In this document: positions 10,559 through 23,939 of the stretch, one piece after another | Position numbering within the stretch: position 1 is the first letter of the stretch | Layout of the letters: each line of letters starts with the position of its first letter | NCBI RefSeq assembly: GCF_001194135.2 | Contig: NC_068983.1 | Coordinates: 132,401,538 to 132,465,537, forward strand | Reading direction: 5' to 3' | DNA length: 64,000 nt | Source of the DNA: Octopus bimaculoides | Taxonomy: Eukaryota | Notes under the pieces: generated by a model | The model's database searches: none | Told to the model about the DNA's origin: nothing | Seen by the model: the letters and a program-made list of their open reading frames with translations, nothing else | Program-made: the position numbers and the translations under genes

Positions 10559-13500
10559 CTAGCAAATCTACTCATCTACGATGGAGGCATAAAAAGACGG
10601 CGGGAAGTCAAAACAGCAGTATGTACAGAAAAATATGTAAACGGAATTTGATATCAATGAGATTGCAAAACTTCTTTCTAGACGATATTTTGTGTGTGAT
10701 CGACACTAATTTTCAAATTACTGGATTCTGTTTCTCTACTCATAGCGACCTATAACTGACAGCGTGTAAACATTAGAGTAGGTAAAAATACACCAACACA
10801 ATCTAAAGTCTGGCCATATTCCTTATTTGCTGTAAATTTGCTGTAATGAGACCAGTTTTATAGGAAACTGGCTGCGTCTTAAATGAAACGGAAACTGGTT
10901 ATCGGTTAGTTTAAGGGGTATCCGCGGAATGAACAGGCTTTTACCATTGCGGGGGCCAGTTACAATCACTGCTTCGATAACATTGGAATTTAGTTTTGTT
11001 ACCATGTATCTTCTTACATTGCAGTGTCCATTGGCAGGATCGAAATTCCTAAGGAGCATTATCGGACAGTTCTTTTTCAATTTGATTTTATGGGGTAGCA
11101 ATCCGAATGGATTTAAGTTGTTCAAGAAATCATGTGGCTACGTTCATAGTTTTCAATTGCAGAGATGTATCGAGCGTTTACGAAGTTTTCTATTTCGTTT
11201 TATAGTGGAATTGTCTGTCCTGTTTCCGATGTTGAGCAGATGATTCGATCTTGTCCTTTTGTAATGTGTATGTATAAGTACCTAACTTCTTGGACGAAAT
11301 GTACGACCTCGGCGTTGACGTAGGTGTTGTGTTTTATTGTCAGATACTGATTGTCTGGAAATATCCAAGAATTGTTAACCTGTGAAGAAAATATACAATG
11401 TAAGTAAATAGTCAGTATATGACACTAAACTCCTTAGTGCATCGATCTCCTAGTTTCTACACACAGACTTCGGGGATTGATAGCACCGCATGGACCACGA
11501 ATATTATGTGCCATTTCCGAGTTGAATAGCTCCGGGTATCGGTGTTTTTCGGGTATTTCGGTACTAGCTTCTTTGTCTATGATTTCTGGAGCAGTCGCTT
11601 TATGACGATTAGCCAGGATAAGATGTATAAGTGCGTAAAGTCACGTTTTTGCCATTCAATAGTAAGTGTTCAGGTGACGACTTTTCTCAGAACTTGTTTC
11701 TCAATAGAACATGGAGAAGAGGGTCGAGCTTGATTTTGAATACTCGACAGGCAATATCAGTTCAGTTTGTGCATGCTCCCGTAGAAATAGGGCTGTCTGT
11801 ATCTCTGTCGGTTTTAGAATTGTCGTAAATGTAATGAAGTAATTTGGCCTTCCCATTGCTCTCACTATTGCCATGGCGTTTCGGAAGGCCTCGCTGTAAA
11901 CCTTGGACTGTCAGTGATGGTCGGTGGGAGAATAATTCTTCTTCCTGGCTTTACTGTATCAGTGTCGTTGACAGCATCAAGCAACCCGAGTATCTTTCTA
12001 CTCTGATTGTCATTTGATGGAATTCCGCCCATCTTAACCTGCTCCGTTCTACTTCCGCCCACTGATTTACAGCTTGTAAATTAGTTCTCACCTGCAGTTG
12101 GTAAGCGTAAAAACTCATAGCTGTTAATGCTCGTCCTTCTGATTTCTTCATATTGAGCTGCCCACAGTCTGTTCCCTCCGGTAGCAACAGAACATACAGC
12201 AGCAGATCGTACGATCGATGGATAGAGTTTATTCACTGAACATTCCATTAGGACAGTATATGATTACTTTTAAAGCGTTCTTGATATCATTCGGAAGCAG
12301 CCAGTGTGCTCCAGATGGTTTGAGCCTTTTTTCATGTGGTAGAAGGGTCAAAATATCCTCATTTGCTAAAGGTTATGTAGCAGCTTGAAATGATGCTATG
12401 TATGGATTAACTTGCCGAATATAGCCTTGTAGTTTTGTGAATATATCCGCCTGAATATCATTCATATGTTTCATCCGATTTTGGGGCTCATAGTGTGCAT
12501 CTAAGAAGCACATCTGTGCGAATGATGGCGGCTGATTGGCATCTGACATTAAACTTCCAATGGCGTGACGCACTTTACCTTGGATTTTAAGTGTGGGTTT
12601 AAATCCAGTTATCAAGTTATCAACAACACAACCAATGGACGTGAACGGCAGTGCGTTATTATTCGCTGGAATATTTGTTATGAAATTGTTATCGTTCCAA
12701 AACGACACAATGTCTGCGACAAATTAGGAATGGGAGGCAGCTGAACTTACCGTTTTCGCAACAGAGGGAAAATGGTTTTCTGGCCAGTGCTTTGAATAAC
12801 AATGTGTACAAATATAACCACCCAAGATATTGCAGTAGTGAGGACGGTATGATAATGGAAAGTTACTTTCGATAAAGTTTTCCTACATCGCTATCAAATT
12901 CTAATCTGTAATCCGTTCATTCTCATATTCAGCGAGGGAAATACACACCAATACATTATCTTCTACTTGACTTGATTTTCAAGCAGCCAGAATGTTCCTT
13001 ATTTGTTCCGAAGTTCTCACCTGAGAATTTCTGCGTGTTACTTGGCGAAATAAATTGTCCCTGCTCTGTTTCGAAGCTCTTAAGGATTTCTCCGTGTTAT
13101 GTGGCGAGCATAGCGTATCCCTACTCTGTTCCGACGCTTCCAGTTCTGTATTACAGCGAATTCTATGAGCTTCCGTATCATTATTCTGTTGGGCTTGTCT
13201 CATTGTTAGATTGTCTCTTAATTTTTTTATAGCGGCAGATTTCTTGGTAGTCCTACCAATTCCTGATTTCCGTTTCGTGTTCATACTGACTTGGAACGAA
13301 GGAAATTTTAATGAAGCTTTACACAGCCTTATGCATTGAATCGTTATTGACTAAGTCCATAGTAGTCATATACCGATTAAAGATGAGCCAAAGCCGTCAC
13401 AATCATTCCTTAATAAAACTATCCTAAACTAAAACTTCCATATTATGGCGTATTACAGTGGAAAATTAAGTTGATTGATTTACTTCCCTTCGAGTTTTCT

Positions 13501-13723
13501 ATTAGGAGCTATCTCCCCTTAATTTTATTTCCTCTATTGTACTCCCGCAAACTGAACAGTTACTTTAAATATAAACTAAATAATCATACTTTTTACAAAT
13601 TGTTTCCGCTAAAAACATGCCTGATTACTTCGTTGGTAATCGCCAAAAATATCGCGACCGTTGGTCCAGCCGTTTTACCATGAAGTGTGTAGACAGACAG
13701 ACATAACGGCAATTATAGTATGA
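10559..13723 (-). mobile_element. Helitron, internally deleted, both termini present
   Basis: The 5' end is TCATACTATAA..TGTCTGTCTGTCT..AAAACGGCTGGACC at 13723. The 3' end is the hairpin CTCCATCGTAGATGAG, 8 nt, then CTAG ending at 10559 and followed by T. Rep and PIF1-helicase remnants lie inside. Confidence 0.85.
10654..13284 (-). pseudogene. Helitron RepHel pseudogene
   Basis: Motifs in order: MNTKRKSGIGRTT; a CxHC/CCENGK zinc finger; LKIQGKVRHAIGSL..FAQ; GRRIILPPTITDSPR; AMAIVRAMGRPNYFITFT (Rep motif 1); IEWQKRDFTH (Rep HUH motif 2); GPCGAINP; NARYISA; then the helicase C-terminus PHKIKLKKNCPIMLLRN..IPRIPL..QFPIKL..GQTLDCVGVFL..NIV. It has frameshifts and stops. Confidence 0.92.
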
Positions 13724-13789
13724 CTACTTTCATCCCTTTACTTCGATTACTTCTATGCCCCAAAATAATAGAAATATCAACCTAAGAAT

Positions 13790-14060
13790 TAATATAAGAA
13801 GGATTACGATTGGTGTAGTAAATAACAACTATTTAGATGATGGATATTAACTTCGAATACAGACTCTTTTCTACACTCTTCTATATAGACCCCTCCCCAC
13901 GAAGATTGTACCTCTAGACACATCCGATGCATGTACAAATACCCCAAAGTCAATCGATAAGTGATTTGCCCGTAGGTAGGAGTTGCTTTAAATCTTATTT
14001 CTACCAATGCTGGTGCTGATTTGCACCGTAGTCCCATTTGGCAACGATTGTTCCCTTGGT
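13790..14060 (+). mobile_element. Possible Penelope-like RT remnant
   Basis: YLDDG at about 13829-13843, followed by HPMHVQIPQSQSI, resembling the PLE HPxHxKxxIPxSQ motif. It is very degenerate. Confidence 0.3.
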
Positions 14061-15232
14061 TTTTCTTTTAGATTGAAAATTGCCACCTTAATAATTAACA
14101 TATACATATATGCATATATATGTATATATGTATATATATATATATATATATNNNNNNNNNNNNNNNNNNNNNNNNNNNNNNNNNNNNNNNNNNNNNNNNN
14201 NNNNNNNNNNNNNNNNNNNNNNNNNNNNNNNNNNNNNNNNNNNNNNNNNNNNNNNNNNNNNNNNNNNNNNNNNNNNNNNNNNNNNNNNNNNNNNNNNNNN
14301 NNNNNNNNNNNNNNNNNNNNNNNNNNNNNNNNNNNNNNNNNNNNNNNNNNNNNNNNNNNNNNNNNNNNNNNNNNNNNNNNNNNNNNNNNNNNNNNNNNNN
14401 NNNNNNNNNNNNNNNNNNNNNNNNNNNNNNNNNNNNNNNNNNNNNNNNNNNNNNNNNNNNNNNNNNNNNNNNNNNNNNNNNNNNNNNNNNNNNNNNNNNN
14501 NNNNNNNNNNNNNNNNNNNNNNNNNNNNNNNNNNNNNNNNNNNNNNNNNNNNNNNNNNNNNNNNNNNNNNNNNNNNNNNNNNNNNNNNNNNNNNNNNNNN
14601 NNNNNNNNNNNNNNNNNNNNNNNNNNNNNNNNNNNNNNNNNNNNNNNNNNNNNNNNNNNNNNNNNNNNNNNNNNNNNNNNNNNNNNNNNNNNNNNNNNNN
14701 NNNNNNNNNNNNNNNNNNNNNNNNNNNNNNNNNNNNNNNNNNNNNNNNNNNNNNNNNNNNNNNNNNNNNNNNNNNNNNNNNNNNNNNNNNNNNNNNNNNN
14801 NNNNNNNNNNNNNNNNNNNNNNNNNNNNNNNNNNNNNNNNNNNNNNNNNNNNNNNNNNNNNNNNNNNNNNNNNNNNNNNNNNNNNNNNNNNNNNNNNNNN
14901 NNNNNNNNNNNNNNNNNNNNNNNNNNNNNNNNNNNNNNNNNNNNNNNNNNNNNNNNNNNNNNNNNNNNNNNNNNNNNNNNNNNNNNNNNNNNNNNNNNNN
15001 NNNNNNNNNNNNNNNNNNNNNNNNNNNNNNNNNNNNNNNNNNNNNNNNATATATAATAGAGGTGACTGGAAGCAATTTCAAAACTTCAAAAAATAATTCC
15101 GCGTGACCAAGGGCACAAAGGACACCAGTGTTGCCTAAAATAGGAGTCAAGACACCCAAGCCACAAAAAGTCGTATGTTCAAATAAAACATGCGTCTTCT
15201 TGTGGCTAAAAAGTTTCAATAGAACATGCGAC

Positions 15233-15547
15233 ATTCTGCTCCGCATAGTGCATTCTATTCTTTGATGATACTTATCCTTATATGCGCATGCGTTTGCGTC
15301 AGTATTTATGTGTACATTTGGGTACACATGTGTGTGTGTGCGTGCGTGCATGTGCGTACCTAAGTTCTGTGTACGGTGAACATTGGTACGCTCACACTCG
15401 CGTGGACACACACATGTACACACACGCACACACACACACCACACACATACACGTACACACAAACACACACACAAATACAAACAAAAACGCTTGCGCATAT
15501 AAGCATTCACATAATATAAGAACAGAATGAACTAACAGGCGCAGGAT
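15233..15547. repeat. Head-to-head pair of a dispersed repeat forming a ~315 bp imperfect palindrome
   Basis: 15233-15312 is the imperfect reverse complement of 15468-15547 (acacaNaaatac..aaacgcNtgcgcatataag..aagaaNagaatgNacta). The family recurs at about 26485-26690 and, more diverged, at about 4420-4510. Confidence 0.6.
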
Positions 15548-15779
15548 CCCACACGAAGGCGGAAAGTGGTGCTGAAGAGGTCACAGATGTGTGATGGAAG
15601 ATTTCCTTCCAGAAAATAGACATGAGTTTAAATAAGAACAGTAAGAAATGAGAGAAGAACGAATATATTTGAAACAGAAAAAAATTCTATATATATATAC
15701 ACACACACATATATATGTATATACATACAGAGAGAGATATACATACATACGTATATATATATATCTATCTATCTATCTA

Positions 15780-15812
<33 letters not shown>

Positions 15813-16519
15813 NNNNNNNNNNNNNNNNNNNNNNNNNNNNNNNNNNNNNNNNNNNNNNNNNNNNNNNNNNNNNNNNNNNNNNNNNNNNNNNNNNNNNNNN
15901 NNNNNNTGTGTGTGTGTGTGTGTGTGTGTGTGTTAGTTTGATGGAATTAATCATGATGCGACAAAACAGATTTTTGTAGCATATCAGAAAACAAATGCCA
16001 TACAATATCAAATACATGTTCAGAAAAGAGTCATATTCATTTCTGAATCAATGAAAATTATGACATCTCTGACGAATATCTGTTGTGGTGCTCCGAAATA
16101 ATACTATATTCATTGAAACCCATCACGTTGGTATAAAATTTTTATGAGCAAGTGCAAAACTTTTTTATTGTAGTCGTGTTATTTTATACTTCTGTGATAA
16201 TACTACTTCAAATTCACAATGACCTTTATTTCTTCAGCCCATACTGAAATGGAATTGTTTGTCATAGAATTCAGAAAACCTCTTGCGAAATTCACAATTT
16301 TAAAAAATTACTTTCAAAACAAAGGAAATACAAATTCGTATGCTCTTCAGGTGCTATATTTTATTTATATTTGATTTAGAAACTCATTATTTCACTCAAG
16401 TAAGGCAGACAATATCCTTATTGCAAATAGTTACTGTGAAAATACGTTAATGTTGCTATGACAGAGATAGTTATGGCAGGCAAAAGTTACACTCTCACCC
16501 CTCTCCTTCTCTCTTTCAC

Positions 16520-16558
<39 letters not shown>

Positions 16559-17254
16559 TCTCTCTCTCTCTCTCGTTAGAATTCACACTATATCTGCATT
16601 AAAAAGTATTTCAGTCTTTTGTCTCATTCTTTATATTTTTATTCTGTTGATTTACAATTATTTAGCATTGTTTCATCAGAGGATGCAGAGAATAGGGACA
16701 AAAAATTGTTAATATTTCAGAAACGCAAATTTTAAAATATAACCTCATCAACATTCAAAATCCTCCATTTAATTTTAAAAGATAATCCTGAAACCTACAA
16801 TTATAGCTTTCATTAAAAAATAAATAAAAACAACAATCCCCAAATACATGCAATAAAATTAATAATGCTAAAACTGGTAAATCAACATACAAGTCCAGAT
16901 TCGGATAATGCAACACTCCAAAGTCCAAAACACTTTATCTGATAAAATCACGTTCAATTTAATCTGACTATTGACCATATATATGAATAGGAAGGATGAA
17001 AAAAATTTAATGTTACATTGTTTTCATTCGGTGAACTTGTTAAAATGCATATTTCTGAATAAACAAAAAAATATCATACATAGCGCTCCGCATTCAGCCC
17101 TAGTGCTACTGTTGAGCTACTCGTATCCTGTACTGACGGAGAAAAAGTGTTTGCTCAAGGAACTTATTCAATATACAGTCATGACTGTCGGTATATAGAA
17201 ATACACATGCAAATGTACATCCCCCCCACACACACAAACACACGCGCGCGCGCA

Positions 17255-17307
<53 letters not shown>

Positions 17308-17508
17308 ACATAAATATATATAGGGTGCTACACTTTTAGAAAATTCACCACCAGTGGCCTAGCAAGCATAGAAAGTAGAGATGAGCCACACTTGGAATAA
17401 AAAATGCAAATTCTCCGCTTTACGTTCAAACATTCAATTTTGGAGAGAATCTCTTGATGAAGTGTTTGTGTGTGGGGTGGGGGTGGGGCGTGTATGCGTT
17501 TGCTTGCC

Positions 17509-17562
<54 letters not shown>

Positions 17563-17818
17563 GGAACATGTCCATGTTTATACAGAATTTTCAACAAAAT
17601 CACACTTCTTTCAATTTCATATCATTGCATTAGAGAACAGTAGTATAACACTTAGAAACTAGAAAAAACACACGGTTCAGAACATCTTAATGCCACGCAT
17701 ATACACCTAAATATTTACAGAATATGTTTGCGATATTTGAGTTATATTTAGAATACAAAATGTACTGTCTCCGCTTTTTCCTTCAAACACTTAATTTTGG
17801 AGAGAATTTCTTTATCTG

Positions 17819-17850
<32 letters not shown>

Positions 17851-17935
17851 CCTACTTACATACAAATCTATCTATCTCCAATGTCATGGAAACTCATCCA
17901 AAAAATCAAAACAATGTTCTCCTCTTCTACCCCAA

Positions 17936-18317
17936 AACCGTAACTCTAACACCCTAGTGAAAATGGTGCGGGTGTTAATCTGAATAATAATAATAATGAC
18001 CTCTGCAGATCAAACTCCCAACCCAACTAAGTCTTAAGTGTATATATATATATGGGCAACACACACACACTAAATTAAAAAATGTTAGTAAGTACAGAAC
18101 TTCAGCATTATATATTAAGAGAGGCAACATACACACACATTAAATTTTTTAAATGACAGGTATTTGTATGTATGTGTATATTAATGTGTATTCTGTGTCT
18201 ATATATGGTAGTAATTAAATGCGTTTTAAGAAAGATATTAAAAAAATTCAGTTTACCCGTACGATTTTCACTACAGTGTTAGGGTTAGGGTTTGTTAGGG
18301 TTAGGGTTTGTTAGGGT
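17936..18317. mobile_element. Putative non-autonomous element with inverted termini ending in telomere-like repeats
   Basis: 17936-17973 is the reverse complement of 18255-18292 at 32/38 identity. The left end is degenerate CCCTAA-like and the right end is TTAGGG repeats running into an N gap. Confidence 0.5.
18279..18317 (+). repeat. Interstitial telomere-like repeat, 16-bp unit (TTAGGG)2TTTG
   Basis: Five TTAGGG hexamers are interrupted twice by TTTG, and the array continues into the gap at 18318-19028. Confidence 0.85.
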
Positions 18318-20009
18318 NNNNNNNNNNNNNNNNNNNNNNNNNNNNNNNNNNNNNNNNNNNNNNNNNNNNNNNNNNNNNNNNNNNNNNNNNNNNNNNNNNN
18401 NNNNNNNNNNNNNNNNNNNNNNNNNNNNNNNNNNNNNNNNNNNNNNNNNNNNNNNNNNNNNNNNNNNNNNNNNNNNNNNNNNNNNNNNNNNNNNNNNNNN
18501 NNNNNNNNNNNNNNNNNNNNNNNNNNNNNNNNNNNNNNNNNNNNNNNNNNNNNNNNNNNNNNNNNNNNNNNNNNNNNNNNNNNNNNNNNNNNNNNNNNNN
18601 NNNNNNNNNNNNNNNNNNNNNNNNNNNNNNNNNNNNNNNNNNNNNNNNNNNNNNNNNNNNNNNNNNNNNNNNNNNNNNNNNNNNNNNNNNNNNNNNNNNN
18701 NNNNNNNNNNNNNNNNNNNNNNNNNNNNNNNNNNNNNNNNNNNNNNNNNNNNNNNNNNNNNNNNNNNNNNNNNNNNNNNNNNNNNNNNNNNNNNNNNNNN
18801 NNNNNNNNNNNNNNNNNNNNNNNNNNNNNNNNNNNNNNNNNNNNNNNNNNNNNNNNNNNNNNNNNNNNNNNNNNNNNNNNNNNNNNNNNNNNNNNNNNNN
18901 NNNNNNNNNNNNNNNNNNNNNNNNNNNNNNNNNNNNNNNNNNNNNNNNNNNNNNNNNNNNNNNNNNNNNNNNNNNNNNNNNNNNNNNNNNNNNNNNNNNN
19001 NNNNNNNNNNNNNNNNNNNNNNNNNNNNATATATATTATATATATATAAACAAAATAATTCAGATTCGGATGAATTAAGTATTTAAGTTGACGCACCAAA
19101 AGTTAGTGTGGTATTAACCGTACAATTTCAAAATAAGGTGAATAAAATCAAAATAAGCAACAAGATATGAAGAGGTGATGCAGTACGACCGTTCCAAGCG
19201 GCTCCATTTAATTGAACAATGCAATCAATACTTCAATTTAAATGCAGGGCTATCCTCAGCTGCATAAATAAATAAACAGAATTAATTTAATCAGTTGGAC
19301 ACATTTGTATAATTTTACTTGAATCGTCTAAGAGGGGAAGAAGACAGACAAAATTCATGCTGTTTTCACTTCAGCTTAGAAGTTTCTAAGACATCAGGAA
19401 AAAATCTTGTTTGGGTCCCACCTTTTCACTGATCTTTTAGTCGGTTTTAATTTATGGTCTTGTTTATCAAATCTTTGTATATCAAAATCTAAAACTAGAG
19501 AGTAGTATCTGTTAGGAAAGGACGTGAGGGAGTTGACAGAATCATAGTGAGTATAGTTATAAAATATAAACGCTGTCAAGATTATTTTGAAGTAGTATAA
19601 AGTAACAGGCTACAATGAGGTTTGGTAAAGGAATACCTTAAATGAAGATGCTAATTACCAGTTAAAGTGGCAAGACGCTAATAAAACCAATGACGATAAT
19701 ACTGGGGAAATTTTATCATGTGGTATTATAGGTGATTGATTTAAACAATATTGTTACATTGTACAATAATAAAATTCAGAGTTATCAAGAAAAGTATTAT
19801 AACCAAGAAAGATAAATTTTTAATAATTTTTATATATACCAAAATTTTCAACAATAGAGTGGGGGAAAAATTACTTAGAATTAGTTTAATATTCACTCAT
19901 ATACTTAATTATTTACTTATTATGTGATACCTATTAAGACTGATCACTAGTATATACTAAAGAAATACTGGGACGATAGAACATGCTAAGTATATATTAA
20001 TTATGGTCT

Positions 20010-20640
20010 AAGAGGTATATTATATAAGTTGTGAAGTTACCGGTGCTATCATATATAAACGGTTTACTCAATGTAGTCGACCTCAACTTCTATCACGTCC
20101 TTGAGACGTTTGCGAGGCATGGTACATGCGTTTCCAGTGTCTTTCTAGGGATATCTTTGAATATCATCTTGATCTTGGCCACCAGGTAGGCTTGGTGTCT
20201 CAAGCCCACATATGGGAATTAATGTTATTACAAACGGGGAAATTAAAAGGTAGCCCGAATTTGAAGCTGGTTTAATTGTATAAACAGTCCGACAACTCTT
20301 TTTGACTCTTTCTGGCGGTATGGCAAGGAATCAAACATTGCTACTAAACATGCCGCCTTCCAGAAGCAACCTTCTCCATCCAGAATTTGACTGCAGTCTC
20401 CAGCATCTTCATAGGATACCTGAATGGAGCTTACCGCCCTGTTCAACGTCCGCGGGGAGTTACCTGCAGCGTACGGACGCAACCAGAATGTATGATGTGT
20501 CTATCCCGCTAGCCACGGCTTCGTAGTCTCCTTTCCAGCTTCCCACGCAACGTTTTATAGCTTTTAGAGTGTCACAGAACATTGAGCAGCAGTCATGGCG
20601 TTAGGATTTTGACATCCATCGCGAACCATCAGGATGCAAA
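20010..20640 (-). mobile_element. Decayed Tc1/mariner transposon, maT/DD37D-like transposase C-terminal half
   Basis: The minus strand reads MKMLETAVKFWMEKVASGRRHV**QCLIPCHTARKSQKELSD..NFPVCN..HMWA. This corresponds to the maT-type VKPWM..VA.GRPYV.QQDSAPCHT..KSQ.WL..SPDCNP.DY.VW pattern. Confidence 0.65.
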
Positions 20641-23600
20641 TAGATTTTTTCCCAATATTCAGATGGGTTTCAGTTTTCTATGCCAGCTAATATTTCTTCG
20701 ACTACAATTATGTAATGAAATATCTTGTATTTAGAATGTAAAATCTTAAATTGTTTTGCGTAGTACATACAATTCTATTGACATTTTTATTACATCCATT
20801 TTAATGTTATTATTTTCATTGTTTACTTTTCGCTTTGTAAAAAAGAATCACACATGAAATATATTTTCACTCTATTTCAAAATTACTTGATATACAATAG
20901 AATTTGAGATATGTTTATAACAAATATACAAAACAGTCTTTAAAAAATATTTACCAGTGCTTAAATGTTTTAGCTTACAAAGAGTTTGCATGTGTAACAA
21001 ATTTATTGAGGCATTTTCATGCACCAGTGTTAATGAGGAAACATTTGGCTGAATCATGTGAATAAATCTATTTCCTATCACTAGAGTGCAATCGGATTTG
21101 TTCAGTAACAAAACCGATTGCAACAGCGTGAATCACGTTGTTTTATATTTTATCATATGTACTCACACACTCACATACAAGCTCTAAGCATATCTGTGTA
21201 GGAAGGTACGGGTGTGGGGATGTAGCGTGTATAATTGATAGGAAAAAGATTATGTGGGACTGCCGATTTGATTATCAGTATTATTGTTATTTTATTATTT
21301 TATTCTATTATTTCATTTGTTCTCCCTCCCTATTTCTCCCTCACGCAATTTCTCCCTCTCTTTCCCCATCTTTCCCTCTATAGTCAGTGTTTAATTGATT
21401 GACAGCTTTTGTACGCATGCACCTGTGTTTTATATATTGGTATCCATCTTTAAAACCTCAAAATCTAAAGCTGCTGAAGGAAAAATTGGTTGACCAAGTG
21501 TATGTAAAGCCGGGGGAGCTGGAAATCTATGCAATAATGTAATCTGGTATGACTGCATTAATAAATTTAAAGCGAAACAATTGTTACAAACTTAAGCACC
21601 ATTCGTCAGTTATTTATTATTAATATTATTATTACATAATGTGAGAAAAACGAACTGGGTCTTCAACGTGGTAGACCCGTATTTCTCTGTCACATGATTC
21701 AGTACACGGTAACACAAGATGTCTCATTTAAATGCAGTCTGTATATGCCTTTATAGATAGACATTTACCGTTTCTCTCTCTCTCTGCGGTTTAACTATTC
21801 ACCTTAGAGGTATTATTAAAATATAGATATGCAGGGTAGGGAATCGTCAATTAGTAATAAAATTAATAATTAACAATTTTGCCGGGTAGCTCAGTATGAA
21901 AAAACCTTTTCGGTAAAAACCGCAGGAAGTTCGTACGGGTCTCTTTTCTATGCGGGACTATTTATGATGCACACTGAATTGAATTCATTAGGGCGAGGGA
22001 TTTTGAACTCACTGGCCGATAAATTTCTTAGCGTCTTCCTCACGTGGTATTGATGTTCACATGGTCAAAATTAACGTGAGTTATTTAGNNNNNNNNNNNN
22101 NNNNNNNNNNNNNNNNNNNNNNNNNNNNNNNNNNNNNNNNNNNNNNNNNNNNNNNNNNNNNNNNNNNNNNNNNNNNNNNNNNNNNNNNNNNNNNNNNNNN
22201 NNNNNNNNNNNNNNNNNNNNNNNNNNNNNNNNNNNNNNNNNNNNNNNNNNNNNNNNNNNNNNNNNNNNNNNNNNNNNNNNNNNNNNNNNNNNNNNNNNNN
22301 NNNNNNNNNNNNNNNNNNNNNNNNNNNNNNNNNNNNNNNNNNNNNNNNNNNNNNNNNNNNNNNNNNNNNNNNNNNNNNNNNNNNNNNNNNNNNNNNNNNN
22401 NNNNNNNNNNNNNNNNNNNNNNNNNNNNNNNNNNNNNNNNNNNNNNNNNNNNNNNNNNNNNNNNNNNNNNNNNNNNNNNNNNNNNNNNNNNNNNNNNNNN
22501 NNNNNNNNNNNNNTATATATATATATATATGTATATTAGTCTAAATAACATGGAGTATATTTTTATTCCCCATAAAACCCACAAGCAAATCTGAAGATAT
22601 ATATCGATAACATGTAAGAAACACGAAGGTCATAGGTTGACATGCAGATGATGATGTTAAGAGTCTTTAATAATGTGTGTAAAGTAATTGGATTAAAGCT
22701 GAAGAAATATAATTTCATAAATGCATTAGTGTAATTTCATTGTGATTGAACATTTCTAATGTCAAGAGCCTGATGATCTCATAAGAATATTAAATACAAC
22801 AATTTAAACTCAGGGTGACGTGATTGAAGAAGAAAACGAACAAATAAAGCACTCTCATCGCGTGCCCCATTCTAGCAGCAACATATATGATCAATTTAAT
22901 TGGACAGCTTGGGCGATATTTTATGACTACCATCAAACACTAAAATATCTCAACTTTTCTCTTAAGCATTTCAACAAACGTCAAATATTGTAACTAGCGT
23001 AATGGAGTCATGATTTATAATTTACTTAGTATATGATACATGCATGCACACACAGGCACACACAAACACACACATAGACACAAACATATAGATACATAAA
23101 TACGTACGAATATATGTATATATATATATATATATATATACATNNNNNNNNNNNNNNNNNNNNNNNNNNNNNNNNNNNNNNNNNNNNNNNNNNNNNNNNN
23201 NNNNNNNNNNNNNNNNNNNNNNNNNNNNNNNNNNNNNNNNNNNNNNNNNNNNNNNNNNNNNNNNNNNNNNNNNNNNNNNNNNNNNNNNNNNNNNNNNNNN
23301 NNNNNNNNNNNNNNNNNNNNNNNNNNNNNNNNNNNNNNNNNNNNNNNNNNNNNNNNNNNNNNNNNNNNNNNNNNNNNNNNNNNNNNNNNNNNNNNNNNNN
23401 NNNNNNNNNNNNNNNNNNNNNNNNNNNNNNNNNNNNNNNNNNNNNNNNNNNNNNNNNNNNNNNNNNNNNNNNNNNNNNNNNNNNNNNNNNNNNNNNNNNN
23501 NNNNNNNNNNNNNNNNNNNNNNNNNNNNNNNNNNNNNNNNNNNNNNNNNNNNNNNNNNNNNNNNNNNNNNNNNNNNNNNNNNNNNNNNNNNNNNNNNNNN

Positions 23601-23939
23601 NNNNNNNNNNNNNNNNNNNNNNNNNNNNNNNNNNNNNNNNNNNNNNNNNNNNNNNNNNNNNNNNNNNNNNNNNNNNNNNNNNNNNNNNNNNNNNNNNNNN
23701 NNNNNNNNNNNNNNNNNNNNNNNNNNNNNNNNNNNNNNNNNNNNNNNNNNNNNNNNNNNNNNNNNNNNNNNNNNNNNNNNNNNNNNNNNNNNNNNNNNNN
23801 NNNNNNNNNNNNNNNNNNNNNNNNNNNNNNNNNNNNNNNNNNNNNNNNNNNNNNNNNNNNNNNNNNNNNNNNNNNNNNNNNNNNNNNNNNNNNNNNNNNN
23901 NNNNNNNNNNNNNNNNNNNNNAATCTAAGAAACAATAAG

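Noticed and set aside
18279-18317. True chromosome end
   Set aside because: Only five hexamers are visible, they are interrupted by TTTG, and scaffold sequence continues beyond the gap.
19395-19760. Penelope C-terminal remnant (VWVPPF resembling WFNPPF)
   Set aside because: It is a single short motif in very decayed sequence, too weak to list as a feature.
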